From UHGV virus genome UHGV-0211740: a stretch of 64,000 nucleotides of DNA. The stretch is one strand, 5' to 3'. This document shows positions 1 through 10,068 of this stretch, piece after piece. The notes beneath the pieces are model-generated. The model saw only the letters and a program-made list of their open reading frames with translations, was not told the DNA's origin and did not search any database. This stretch comes from a virus. The translations under genes and the position numbers were made by a program. The first letter of the stretch is position 1. Every line of letters starts with the position of its first letter.

Positions 1-1810
1 ATGTAATTGTTTTATCTGCAACAATAAGGCAACTATGCAAACGAATGGCATGGCGCGACGGAGTCGCGACATAATATAAAAGCAGTAACCATCACCCCCG
101 TGATAGTTTGTCTGCAAACTATTAATCAGATCATAGTTGCCTTGTATTTAGTTAATCATGACATAACAAGCAAGGCAACTATAGATCTGCTAATAGTTGC
201 CCTGCTTTTATATTATGTCATATATTATTAACTTGTTAATTGTTTTCATGCAAACGAATGTCATGGCTGATTATTGGTGTGTAAATGGTCTATACGTGAA
301 CAGTGAGGCATGCAATAGTAACAGTCGTTATTGTGTCTAAAGTGTATAAGGTGTCAGACAAGTTTTTCTCCTCTTTGTCAAGTGCTGCATGAAAAATTTA
401 CAATCTGGTATGGTAGCATTTTTGCGGCCCTGTTTACATTCAGTAATGTATGTATAATCCTTGTTGTGTGGGCGTTTAGACGTCTAAATGGCTAGATGGC
501 TGCAGGTTAATATCTAATCTATTGGCTGCTAACTATATCCCCCACAAATAGTAAGAAATGCAATTGTTATATGCGTAAACAGTGTCACATGTTATCAATC
601 CTTGTATGTATCGCCAGTGGTGCGCATAATGGGTATTATGTTAAATTGCCAGTAGTGATAACAGTTCTCACAATGATAGGTATTCTCATTCACCCCCCAC
701 AAGATAGGTTGCAAATGTTGTGCCACTGTGTGAACGGCCTCACCTATTAATTTGCCTCACTGCCATGATATTTGAGAATCGTTATAAGAATGAGAAGTAT
801 TCCCATTCCGTCCGCCTGGCAGCACTCCTGTAGGACAAGCACAAAATCGTGGCATAACTGGACCCCCTTGGGATATTTCTGGCTGACTCTTCAGACTTGT
901 GTGGTAAAAGCCAACCCCCTCCGGCGGGGCAGGTGGTGTCTGCTGGAAAATTGCAGGTCAATTAAAAAATTTACGTGGTGTATGAAGCGCTCTTCAGGCA
1001 AGGAGTGTGTTATGGGATGAAACCCTCTTCAGGTGATGATATTTGTGGGTGTGATATTTGCTGGAAAGCCAGATATGACGGGACTCCCGGCGGGGGCAGG
1101 GGTAGTACAGGCAGGGAAAATGTGAGGATGTGGTGGGGTAATTTGATCAGACATGTAGAATATAGGATATGTTACAGGTATGTTAAATATGGAGGTTGAA
1201 TATCTGCAGGATTTGTGTGTAAAATCAAAGACTTAAGTGGTGTTGTGGTATTTTCTATAAATAATTCAGGTTTAATAGGTAATATTTGTCTCTATCCACT
1301 TTGTGTGGTAAACAGATTTAGATGAAATTGGTTTACAAGTGTATACATAATATACAAATTAAAGATACAAGAAACCCCCCTCCCCCTTCGGCTACCATTC
1401 ACCTTTTCCTCTGACTGGTACTTAAACACTTATTCAGACTCTTCAGGTTATCACCCATATACTATATGGCAGTGACTGGTGTCCTCCGGCCCCTCTTTCG
1501 TCACCCGTCCGCTTCGCCAAGCTAATGCCATAGCCAAAGGTTCGGTTGTTCACCCTGTTCACTCAGGTGTATCTCCATACCCCTTCAAACCGAAGAGAAC
1601 AGAAAACCCGAATTACTCGGTAAAAGAAAAGAGAAGAACTTAATTTTATCAGGATGGGCAAGAATGTCAAGGGATGACTGCTCACTAAACAAGCAAACAG
1701 TCATGTGTGGGAGGTAAGTGATTGTGGTGGTGGGAAATTTAGTTGGTGGGTATTATAGGTGCTTCCGGTACCTTATCTGAACAGTTAAACCTGCAAAGCA
1801 GGATTGTGTG

Positions 1811-2161
1811 TCAGTCCAGAGGTTCATCACCTATTTCACTGAAATCAATGTTCATAGTCTCTTCCCAACCATCAATTTCAGCACCTGAGTAGAGATCTTT
1901 AGGGTCTACATTAAGAGCTTCTGCAACAGCGTCCATGTTTAGCACATCTGGGAGGTAAGATTCATCAAATTCAAGGTAAATGAGGCCACGAGTGTTGTCA
2001 GCCCCACCAAATAGCTCTATCTTCATGAAATCTCCTCTGAAAATGAGAGTGTGAACAGGGTTTATACGTTCTGATATGCGTGGAATTATGCACGTTTGCC
2101 TCTTCAGGCCATGCTTTAGCATGAGAAACCTGTGTGGGCTCGGTGCTTCATAGTCTCCCAC
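1811..2161 (-). CDS. hypothetical protein
   Basis: 116-aa ORF at the distal end of the minus-strand block; no recognisable motif. Confidence 0.35.
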   Translation of the reverse strand: MGDYEAPSPHRFLMLKHGLKRQTCIIPRISERINPVHTLIFRGDFMKIELFGGADNTRGLIYLEFDESYLPDVLNMDAVAEALNVDPKDLYSGAEIDGWEETMNIDFSEIGDEPLD

Positions 2162-2534
2162 CTCTGAACCCTTCGTGATCAGGCATAACAGAGAACCGGA
2201 TATCTACGATGCCTTCCCACGTTAGGCCATCAGCCTCAGGATCACCCTGGGATTGCAGTAGGGTGGCTTCAGATATGCGTGTGTTGGTCATGCTCCGCCC
2301 GTGAGTATTCCGGCAACAGCCATTATGGACGTAATGATCATCAGGATCACCACTAAAACATCGGACAATGTTTTCATTGTGCACTCCATATTCTCCAGAC
2401 TATGTGTGGATACTATCACGGGAGGAGGAATGTGTCAACAGGAACGTCGCGAGGGTTTGGTTAAAATCCGAGCGTATGGTGATTTGGGTCAAAACGGACG
2501 TGCGTTCTCGCTACGCTCGAAATAAAAAGTATAC

Positions 2535-2756
2535 TTAAGGCTTTTTGCGGTCCAGTATCTGCTTACGCTGGATAAAGTGCATAAATGTCTCAGCCCATGA
2601 GCAATTCTGATACTCTCGGTACTTGTGCATTGCTTGACGACTCACACCGTACTCTGCAGCAAATGTAGAGACACGTAGAAAATCTGGCAGATCATCATCT
2701 TCAAAATATACCGTACTGAGAGCAATATCGTTATCGTCGTATAGAACAACTTTCAT
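2535..2756 (-). CDS. small protein, possible HTH DNA-binding
   Basis: 73-aa ORF; segment AAEYGVSRQAM resembles a helix-turn-helix recognition helix. Confidence 0.3.
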   Translation of the reverse strand: MKVVLYDDNDIALSTVYFEDDDLPDFLRVSTFAAEYGVSRQAMHKYREYQNCSWAETFMHFIQRKQILDRKKP

Positions 2757-3218
2757 AAATGATACCTCAAGATGTGGTGGTTTAGGGAAACAGTTAAATT
2801 CTTTCTAAAACGCTCTGTGATGAGATTAACTATCTAAGGTATGCAATCGTGCATCAGATAAAGAAAAGGACGCCACAGAGCGTCCTAGGTGCCTTAAATT
2901 CTATATTTTGCTATACCCATGAAGGTTTGTCCAGGTTAGAGTAGCTAAAAGGTGTCAAAAGGTGACTGTCAAAATCTTTCAAACTCTCCAGGTCTTTTTC
3001 CTCATCCTGACACCATCTGTGCCTACATTTATTGTTGTAGTGCATGGAATGCATGGCGTTCTGCAACTTAACAGGCACAAGTGATTCAGGAGCAGATAAT
3101 ACAGTAGGGTATGCCAGAACTACCTCAAACAGTGGAAACACATCAAAACTGAAGTCTATTTCTGCTGAGGTGGCTGGCATGTATGAGTATTTAGCTGTCT
3201 TTGTAGACATAATTCACC

Positions 3219-3545
3219 TCACACAGGTTTGATAATACCTTCACCGAATAGCTCTTCGTATCTAATCTTATCCGGATCCCACTCCTGGATAATTTCGAAG
3301 ACAATATCCAACCCAGGAATAATCACTTCTCCAGTGTCAAGCTTGGCAAGAACAAAACCAGAAGGCTGAATGGTTTCCCAGTTGCGACGATTGGAATAGA
3401 AGACCTCGAAAATATCACCGACCTTGATCTGTTGATCAAGATGTTCAAGATTCTCTTTCATATAGACACAGCGTATTTTTCGTGCAGGCCATAGACCACC
3501 TGCATCACGTTCATTCAATTCTTTTACAGTAATCGGCACACCCAT
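3219..3545 (-). CDS. hypothetical protein
   Basis: 108-aa ORF, tightly packed with neighbours on minus strand. Confidence 0.45.
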   Translation of the reverse strand: MGVPITVKELNERDAGGLWPARKIRCVYMKENLEHLDQQIKVGDIFEVFYSNRRNWETIQPSGFVLAKLDTGEVIIPGLDIVFEIIQEWDPDKIRYEELFGEGIIKPV

Positions 3546-3565
3546 CTCAAATCTCCTTCATAGAT

Positions 3566-3596
3566 AGTAAAAAAGAGGGGCCCAAGCCCCCCTCTT
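3566..3596 (-). terminator. putative rho-independent terminator
   Basis: GC hairpin AGAGGGG..CCCCTCT followed on the minus strand by a T-run; sits between two minus-strand genes. Confidence 0.4.
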
Positions 3597-3601
3597 TGTC
3601 A

Positions 3602-3907
3602 TTATTCTACAGAGCGTTTGAACAGAATGTCTGCCTCAGACATGTGTTCAACCTCTTCTTCGATTTTAGCTCGACGTTTTTCAGCCTCGTAGCGAATATC
3701 GAACTCGGTAGCCACCAGAGATTTGATGAATTTAGGAGAATACAGGTGATCCTGCTTCTCAACAAGGATGATATCCTTGATAGCATCTTTCAGATCTTTA
3801 ATCTGAAGCTGAAGTTCCACCAGCTCTTCAATTGTTTTACGGAGGCGATCACGCTCTGCGATGTCAGAAGGAAGAGAGGTGAACAGTTCAACTTTAGATT
3901 TAGCCAT
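3602..3907 (-). CDS. hypothetical protein (coiled-coil rich)
   Basis: 101-aa ORF, charged helical composition. Confidence 0.45.
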   Translation of the reverse strand: MAKSKVELFTSLPSDIAERDRLRKTIEELVELQLQIKDLKDAIKDIILVEKQDHLYSPKFIKSLVATEFDIRYEAEKRRAKIEEEVEHMSEADILFKRSVE

Positions 3908-3935
3908 AGTAAGGGTCTCCTTATATTGTTTTAAA

Positions 3936-4253
3936 TTAACGTTCTACAAAAATACCGTTCAGTTCGATGACCAGGAATTTCTGGTCTTCGCTATCGTCAC
4001 GTGCCAGAACCTCACAGACGTAGCGGTCATCCCCATCATCATCACAGTCAAATACAAGACTAAGGACTTTATCATGATAAATCTTCGCCACTACTGCCTC
4101 GTAAGTATTGCCGATTGTGAATCCAAGATAGTCCCCGATGCATTTGACAACAACATGGTCGCCAGCATTTAAGTCAATCTTCGTCATTACTGCGCTCCTT
4201 GGGTAATAATATGGTATGTAAAACTTTAACCAGAGATGTGAATAACGCCCCAA
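3936..4253 (-). CDS. hypothetical protein
   Basis: 105-aa ORF. Confidence 0.45.
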   Translation of the reverse strand: MGRYSHLWLKFYIPYYYPRSAVMTKIDLNAGDHVVVKCIGDYLGFTIGNTYEAVVAKIYHDKVLSLVFDCDDDGDDRYVCEVLARDDSEDQKFLVIELNGIFVER

Positions 4254-4342
4254 AACACACCGATAGCGCTAAAACAGACAAGGTCATCATTAAAGCTTCA
4301 GTAAAATCGGTCATTCCTCACCTCTTGTTAGTCACTATACTA

Positions 4343-4606
4343 TCATTTATCTTTGCCGTCAAGAACTTTTTTAAATCTTTCAGGGATATCCCCAGTTCTC
4401 AGGTAGTTCATGACCTCCCAAGGTTCCCACTTAAACTTCTTGCAGAGCAGGGCGGCTGAGATTGTTTCCTTGCGAAAAGAAAGGATATTGATATCCCACT
4501 CCGAGAACCCCAGCTTCCGAAGAGTAGCTATAGAAATCCTCACAGCAACCCAGCAAGAAAAACATGCAACAAACGCTACTGCTACAACCCACATCAGGAT
4601 GTTCAT
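4343..4606 (-). CDS. putative membrane protein
   Basis: 87-aa ORF with hydrophobic N-terminal segment WVVAVAFVACFSCWVAV. Confidence 0.4.
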   Translation of the reverse strand: MNILMWVVAVAFVACFSCWVAVRISIATLRKLGFSEWDINILSFRKETISAALLCKKFKWEPWEVMNYLRTGDIPERFKKVLDGKDK

Positions 4607-4695
4607 ACAAGCACCTTATTGAAATACGAGACACAGTGCCAAGGTTGCTGACCAGCAAATAATTAACAAGGCGGTTGCAACCTTGGCAAGATTTA

Positions 4696-4983
4696 TCATA
4701 GTGTCTCTAGGATTTCATATCCTTCTGGTCGGAAGACAAGCCACTCCGCTGATCCGTTAGGGCGATATGCTTTATACAGAACAACCTGATCTCGGCACAT
4801 GCACATGGCTACATAGTTTTCATCCACACCTGCAGCCTGCATTGCATCTTCTTCTCCGGCAACAGCTTTGCTTACAACTTCCTTGGTAGGCAGGTGTGCG
4901 ATCAGCTCGTCACCATCATTAATTCCAAAATGGCGAAGTTCTCCGTTTGTATCTTTGATCTTAATCTTAACCAGATCTTTCAT
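4696..4983 (-). CDS. hypothetical protein
   Basis: 95-aa ORF. Confidence 0.4.
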   Translation of the reverse strand: MKDLVKIKIKDTNGELRHFGINDGDELIAHLPTKEVVSKAVAGEEDAMQAAGVDENYVAMCMCRDQVVLYKAYRPNGSAEWLVFRPEGYEILETL

Positions 4984-5312
4984 TAATCTTTCTCCAAGTT
5001 CAAAGGCCCTAAGATCTCATAGCCCAGATTTGAAGTTACCAGAGGATCTTCCGCATCTTTTGTATTGTACCACCCGTGGATAACCAGAGTTCCACTACGT
5101 TTCATGTCTAACTGAAACTGTTCTGCCATTTCCTCATCCATCTCTAAGATCTCCATCAGGTATTTGATGTTAGGAAGGTAGGCAGCTGTTACAGTCCCCT
5201 CTACCAGGCCTTCGGGCCAACCTACATCTGGATGACAAGTAGGAACTAAAGAGGTCAGTTTAATGGTGTATGCTTTTTCTGCACGGGCTTTCAGTAACGG
5301 ATCAATCTTCAT
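4983..5312 (-). CDS. hypothetical protein
   Basis: 109-aa ORF, start overlaps upstream stop (translational coupling). Confidence 0.4.
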   Translation of the reverse strand: MKIDPLLKARAEKAYTIKLTSLVPTCHPDVGWPEGLVEGTVTAAYLPNIKYLMEILEMDEEMAEQFQLDMKRSGTLVIHGWYNTKDAEDPLVTSNLGYEILGPLNLEKD

Positions 5313-5662
5313 TATTCGTCCTCCTCTTCGGTGCCTGCTTCCAGGAGCAGGTTAAGAATATCTTCTGCACAAGGTTCATAGAAAGCTTGGCCTTCATAAT
5401 CTACGACTTGGTAGTCATCTCCACGAATAATCAGTGGATCACTCTCAAAATTATCAAGACCTTTAACAACTACAACACGGTCGATTGCCATCATCGTAAG
5501 AACTTTATCTACATTTTCCTCTGCCACACCATACTGCAGCAGGATGTCTTTGGTAGGAGGAACAGCATCAACCACAACACCGTTACCAAAACCTTCCGGC
5601 AATTTAGCTAAAATATCTTCCGGAACAGCATTCATATCAAAACCTGTGATTTCTACTTTCAT
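5312..5662 (-). CDS. hypothetical acidic small protein (paralog family B)
   Basis: 116-aa ORF; MKVEITG N-terminus and acidic C-terminus shared with 5663..5923 and 7087..7356. Confidence 0.45.
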   Translation of the reverse strand: MKVEITGFDMNAVPEDILAKLPEGFGNGVVVDAVPPTKDILLQYGVAEENVDKVLTMMAIDRVVVVKGLDNFESDPLIIRGDDYQVVDYEGQAFYEPCAEDILNLLLEAGTEEEDE

Positions 5663-5923
5663 TTACAGCACCTCTTCGTTAACTACTTCATAAAAATGGC
5701 TTGGGATTGCAATGGCGTTCTCGCCTTCACCTAAGAACACTGTCCCACTAACAATCAACATTAGAAGAACGTCTGCGATACCTTCCTCGGGGACGTTGCC
5801 AAAACCTTTAATCAGCTCGTAGGTTGGAATATTTACCTCTAAGATGTCGCCATCTTTAGAGCGGAAATCAACACCGTCCTGAATCTCTGCCGTTTCAAGG
5901 TTTTTCAATTTAATCTTCATCAA
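5663..5923 (-). CDS. hypothetical small protein (paralog family B)
   Basis: 86-aa ORF; MKIKL start and C-terminal YEVVNEE motif. Confidence 0.45.
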   Translation of the reverse strand: MMKIKLKNLETAEIQDGVDFRSKDGDILEVNIPTYELIKGFGNVPEEGIADVLLMLIVSGTVFLGEGENAIAIPSHFYEVVNEEVL

Positions 5924-5999
5924 TCAGTCTCCTATCTTGTTAAGATGAAGGTATTATTGCACACAGGGTTGGTGTTGTCAACACCTGTGTGGCATAAAA

Positions 6000-6395
6000 T
6001 TACTGAAACAGTGCAGATAAATTACCCTCTGGTGGGAACTTATCTGCCAAGAACGGTGTTAGAACAGTGGCCTTCTGAATATCTGGGGTCCACTCGTTGT
6101 TCAGAACATCCCAGTAGTACGCAATGTTGCTGTGTGGGTGCCGCATTACGAACTTTTTCCCCTCGTAGTCAGTTGAAACCTCTACAGAAGAAATAACAAC
6201 AGAATCTTCAAGGGTTTCTTCGTAGAAAGATCCTCCCTCAAATTTCCAACGAGATGCAAGAGATCCTGCCTTAAACGCTGCAGATAGTGGACTGTCGGCA
6301 AGAACATACATTTCTTGCACTCTGTCACTGCGATCTTTGCTTCTTACGTTGTATACAGTATCTGAGCTATACTCAACACGGTATAGACTTACCAT
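6000..6395 (-). CDS. hypothetical protein
   Basis: 131-aa ORF. Confidence 0.45.
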   Translation of the reverse strand: MVSLYRVEYSSDTVYNVRSKDRSDRVQEMYVLADSPLSAAFKAGSLASRWKFEGGSFYEETLEDSVVISSVEVSTDYEGKKFVMRHPHSNIAYYWDVLNNEWTPDIQKATVLTPFLADKFPPEGNLSALFQ

Positions 6396-6754
6396 TACCG
6401 CACCTCCTCGATAACTTCCACATCTGAGCCTACCACAAATGCAAAAGGGCAGGTTTCCTTAAAGATATCCGGATCACCGCCAAGTTTGCTAACTATCTCT
6501 CCACCATTAATAAATACAAGCTCACCGATATTCATCAGATTGCTGAAATAGTATCCATAATGGTTAAAGAATGCGGCGGGGTCAGGAAGACTGGTAGCCT
6601 CAAGCTCTACATCAGTTGAGGTTACTTTCTTATCATAACCTCTCGCCTTTTGAGATGCAAGATCTGCAGAATCTTCAGGAGACCGGAGATGTATAGGAAT
6701 TGTTTCACCAATAAAACGTACTTTCATATTCTCACCCAACAACCATAGCTTCAA
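6395..6754 (-). CDS. hypothetical small protein (paralog family A)
   Basis: 119-aa ORF; internal MKVRFIGE start and C-terminal GSDVEVIEE motif. Confidence 0.45.
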   Translation of the reverse strand: MKLWLLGENMKVRFIGETIPIHLRSPEDSADLASQKARGYDKKVTSTDVELEATSLPDPAAFFNHYGYYFSNLMNIGELVFINGGEIVSKLGGDPDIFKETCPFAFVVGSDVEVIEEVR

Positions 6755-7052
6755 AAGGTGTCATAAACGAATAAACGGCATCATCATCTGCTTCAGGGAA
6801 TGCTCCCAAAGACTTTATATCTGAGCCTTTGACAAACACAAGGTTCTGATCAAAAGCCTCTTGAGGATCAATCCGATACATATCTCGTAGGGTATCGCTT
6901 ACCTCCTCATCAAGAGGTGAGTATGCTGTGCACGTTTTTCCGATCAAGCTTTGAGAATCGGGGTATCCCCCTGAAGTTTTAAAATAGACAATCATATGGT
7001 ATAACCTCTGGTAAGGGATGGGGACTCCTTTCCCACAAATAATTACAAACAT
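6732..7052 (-). CDS. hypothetical protein
   Basis: 106-aa ORF. Confidence 0.4.
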   Translation of the reverse strand: MFVIICGKGVPIPYQRLYHMIVYFKTSGGYPDSQSLIGKTCTAYSPLDEEVSDTLRDMYRIDPQEAFDQNLVFVKGSDIKSLGAFPEADDDAVYSFMTPFEAMVVG

Positions 7053-7086
7053 TTCCTATAGAGGGAGTATGCTAACCCAAGTAGTA

Positions 7087-7356
7087 TTACTCTTCTACAA
7101 CCTCATACACATCCGGAGTTACAATCAGCTCTTCTCCGTTACCCGGCGCAACAAACACCACCAAACCTTCAGGAGTGTGCTTTTTAGCCATCTCGATAAC
7201 ATCTTCTCGTAAAGCTGGCTCCATCAGATCAAAACCCTCACCTAGGGCATCACGAACAACCTTCATGTAGTCCACTGGTTGTGCTTCAACGATCATGCCT
7301 TCAACCAGTCCACAGTTTTTGTCTGCCAGCTCAGTTTGGAATAATTTAATTTTCAT
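7087..7356 (-). CDS. hypothetical small protein (paralog family B)
   Basis: 89-aa ORF; MKIKLF start, C-terminal YEVVEE. Confidence 0.45.
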   Translation of the reverse strand: MKIKLFQTELADKNCGLVEGMIVEAQPVDYMKVVRDALGEGFDLMEPALREDVIEMAKKHTPEGLVVFVAPGNGEELIVTPDVYEVVEE

Positions 7357-7493
7357 TTAGAGGTCTCCTCAATTATTTGATATTAATAGCCGTAACCTAA
7401 CACATTAACTACAACTGCGATTGCAAACATAATTTCAAAGCATGCAATCTCTACACTTGGAACTAATTTCTTAATCACACCCATTGTAGCACC

Positions 7494-7811
7494 TCATTCT
7501 CCAAAGTCAATCTTTACTTTGCCTTTCCCCTTACCTTTCTTTCCACCACATTTAGCCAACTGACGTGCTGCAACATCTACCATACGATCAGTTGCCTCGT
7601 AAGCATCACTGCCTTTGGCTTTGGCAATAATCTCCTTCCCAGAAATGTCAAAGATGAATGCCCTCACTTCTTGGTGGTCATTTTCAACTTTTACACTTAC
7701 ACGTGCATGATTCACAGAAGGATGTAGACGCTCCAGTTTTGACATTTTGTGGGAAATGAAAGACACCATACCTTCAGTGATTTCTACGTTGCCAGTGATT
7801 TCAATTTGCAT
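7494..7811 (-). CDS. hpf: ribosome hibernation promoting factor (HPF/RaiA family) homolog
   Basis: 105 aa; N-terminus MQIEITGNVEITE and the overall pattern align with bacterial HPF/YfiA, including the RQLxK motif near the C-terminus. Confidence 0.75.
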   Translation of the reverse strand: MQIEITGNVEITEGMVSFISHKMSKLERLHPSVNHARVSVKVENDHQEVRAFIFDISGKEIIAKAKGSDAYEATDRMVDVAARQLAKCGGKKGKGKGKVKIDFGE

Positions 7812-7894
7812 AATGTGCTCCTTTTAAAGAAGGGGGAACCAACCCCCTCTTTGAAAACAATGATACTAAATCTGAAGCGTTGTGTCAACAGTTT

Positions 7895-8185
7895 TTACAA
7901 CTTGTTGTCGATAGTTTTTAAAATATCTACTGCAAGATCTGCCATTTTACGAACATACTCTGCAAACTCAACAGGATCCTTGATCAATGAGTTCACAGGG
8001 TCATACCCTAAAGCGTTTAAAATGGCTACAGCATCCACGACCTTCTCATCATTTGCGAAGATCTCACCGTCAAACTTGTAGGTCCATTTTGAGTCAATCT
8101 TGGCAGGGAAGGATTGGTCAATGCTTATTGCACCATCCTTTTTAAACGCTCCGGTGTTATCAGTGTCCAGAACTAAATCCATCAT
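7895..8185 (-). CDS. hypothetical protein
   Basis: 96-aa ORF. Confidence 0.45.
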   Translation of the reverse strand: MMDLVLDTDNTGAFKKDGAISIDQSFPAKIDSKWTYKFDGEIFANDEKVVDAVAILNALGYDPVNSLIKDPVEFAEYVRKMADLAVDILKTIDNKL

Positions 8186-8202
8186 GTTGGTACCTCACTA
8201 TT

Positions 8203-8616
8203 TCAGTTTAGCTTTTCTTCAACAACCCCGTAGCTTGGAGCAGAGTCAAGAGCTTTCTGGCTTAAAAGTGGTGTAGCAGAATCTGCAAACGGTGTCCAAG
8301 TTTTTGTTCTGGCATTCCAGTAATGCTTCACTCTAGAATCTGGATGCACTATAACAAAAACTTTTTCACTTGTCAACACATTAATTTCTTCCACACCCTT
8401 GCTAACAATTTCCCCATCATAGCCTCCAGTCTGGTAACCTTCGTACCAGGTCCTTGCATAAGCATATCCAGCCTGCCAGCATGCAGCCTCTTTAGAGGTG
8501 GAGACTACGTAGAAATCTTTCTCAAATTCAGGGATACGCCCTTGCTTTACGCTCCAGGCTCCGCGAATTTTCATGGTGACTTTGAAAAGTTTGTTCTTCA
8601 CACTACCGCTCCACAA
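8203..8616 (-). CDS. hypothetical protein
   Basis: 137-aa ORF. Confidence 0.45.
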   Translation of the reverse strand: MWSGSVKNKLFKVTMKIRGAWSVKQGRIPEFEKDFYVVSTSKEAACWQAGYAYARTWYEGYQTGGYDGEIVSKGVEEINVLTSEKVFVIVHPDSRVKHYWNARTKTWTPFADSATPLLSQKALDSAPSYGVVEEKLN

Positions 8617-8893
8617 TCTCTGCGTCTGTTCCTACACCAAAGGCATAGTAAGACTCTTCCCCAAAGTAATACTCTGGTGCACCTGCCTTAATTAAGTCTG
8701 AGCCGTAGATAAATACCACACTGTGGGATACAGTGGATTGCAGTGTGGAGTGCAGCTGACGAATAGGATCATCCTCAGGCAACTCTTCGAAGTATACAGC
8801 AGGTACTACCTTTCCCTTCAGAAAGGATTGCCCCAAGTAGAGGTTAGAGTCAAGAATTTTAACCTTCACAGTCGTCCTCCACGATCTCAACAT
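8603..8893 (-). CDS. hypothetical small protein (paralog family A)
   Basis: KVKILDSNLYLGQ N-terminus and GSDLIKAGA..AEIVE motifs shared with 8859..9083 and 12420..12683. Confidence 0.45.
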   Translation of the reverse strand: MLRSWRTTVKVKILDSNLYLGQSFLKGKVVPAVYFEELPEDDPIRQLHSTLQSTVSHSVVFIYGSDLIKAGAPEYYFGEESYYAFGVGTDAEIVER

Positions 8894-9083
8894 CTTCCCC
8901 TAAGGCAAAGTTGTAAGTCCACTGACTGTCAAAGCATTCCTGAGATGCGCCAGCGGCAATAAGATCTGACCCTTTTATTTTTAAAAGGTCAGGGTAATCT
9001 TCATTAGGAACAGCGGTAAACACTTTTCCAACTAAAGGCTCTTGACCAATATAGAAGTTTGAATCTAAAACTTTAACTTTCAT
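8859..9083 (-). CDS. hypothetical small protein (paralog family A)
   Basis: 74-aa ORF; MKVKVLDSNFYIGQ, GSDLIAAGA, VEIVED. Confidence 0.45.
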   Translation of the reverse strand: MKVKVLDSNFYIGQEPLVGKVFTAVPNEDYPDLLKIKGSDLIAAGASQECFDSQWTYNFALGEDVEIVEDDCEG

Positions 9084-9367
9084 CAGCGGTCTCCATCGGG
9101 CGGCTGTGGAACGTAAACACTGTTACGAATCTCGTCAGCAGTGTAGTAACAAGTTTTCCCCTCTCTGTCTCTGGCAGCAATGTATTCAGCTATACCAATA
9201 AGTGCCATAGACTTGGTGGCGTATCTTTTAAGCTCGTTAGCTCCCCAGCAAAATCTCTGCCAAAACGGTATGAAACCGAATAGGTACACTTTCTGTTTCA
9301 CTATCCAATAAGTGCCTTTACAGATCACTTTAAACTCTGCAGCACTGTTGCTAACACCATTGCTCAT
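9083..9367 (-). CDS. hypothetical protein
   Basis: 94-aa ORF. Confidence 0.4.
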   Translation of the reverse strand: MSNGVSNSAAEFKVICKGTYWIVKQKVYLFGFIPFWQRFCWGANELKRYATKSMALIGIAEYIAARDREGKTCYYTADEIRNSVYVPQPPDGDR

Positions 9368-9379
9368 TATTTTCTCCTT

Positions 9380-9664
9380 CTATTTTTCTGAATTTGGCAA
9401 GTATTGCACATTGGCAGGAGGAACACCGGATAGCTCCCAAACAACCAGAGTGCTGTACCCTGGCACACTTCTAACATTTAAAAGAGTAGGGGCACCAACA
9501 CATTTAAACTTCCTTTTCCCAAATCCGTTCTCCATCATAACCCAGTATCCGGTATCCTGATCACCGGGAATTTGTGTTCCATCATTGTCCACCCAGCGGA
9601 CGGTCCATTTCGACACAGCAACAGCTCTATACTTAAACTTTTTAAACCACTCAAAGAGTTTCAT
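9380..9664 (-). CDS. hypothetical protein
   Basis: 94-aa ORF. Confidence 0.4.
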   Translation of the reverse strand: MKLFEWFKKFKYRAVAVSKWTVRWVDNDGTQIPGDQDTGYWVMMENGFGKRKFKCVGAPTLLNVRSVPGYSTLVVWELSGVPPANVQYLPNSEK

Positions 9665-9849
9665 AATTCAGCCTCACTTGGCAACTCTTCCACCTTAACA
9701 TGCCGAAAAGTGTTACCGTAATGGTTGATCCATGCCATCAGCTCACTTTCTTGCTCTTCCTCTGGGATGAACTCTCGAATGCTGACAAGTTTTAAGAAAA
9801 CCCAATCACAATCTGCACCCATTCTACCGGACAGACAGTAGTGCTTCAT
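9661..9849 (-). CDS. hypothetical protein
   Basis: 62-aa ORF overlapping upstream stop. Confidence 0.35.
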   Translation of the reverse strand: MKHYCLSGRMGADCDWVFLKLVSIREFIPEEEQESELMAWINHYGNTFRHVKVEELPSEAEL

Positions 9850-9867
9850 AGAACCCTCCCCACCAGT

Positions 9868-10068
9868 TTAAAATACTGCCTCTTTTAGCGATCCAAGTAG
9901 CAGCAGGCGTGAAATCTGATCCACATTCATGTAAGATTCAATCTCCTCTCCTTTGAAAGGCTCTCGACAAAACAGTACTGCATTTGGGTTTTCGCTACGC
10001 ACTATATAATACAGATCGTTCAAATCATTCTCATAGTATGTATTAAATTTAAGAATTTTGTCACTCAT
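9868..10068 (-). CDS. hypothetical protein
   Basis: 66-aa ORF. Confidence 0.35.
   Translation of the reverse strand: MSDKILKFNTYYENDLNDLYYIVRSENPNAVLFCREPFKGEEIESYMNVDQISRLLLLGSLKEAVF

Noticed and set aside
772-1199. Two overlapping plus-strand ORFs (82 and 74 aa) in the leading gene-poor region
   Set aside because: Cys/Trp/Arg/Gly-rich improbable translations caused by G-rich repeats; no start context. Region treated as non-coding cis-acting DNA.
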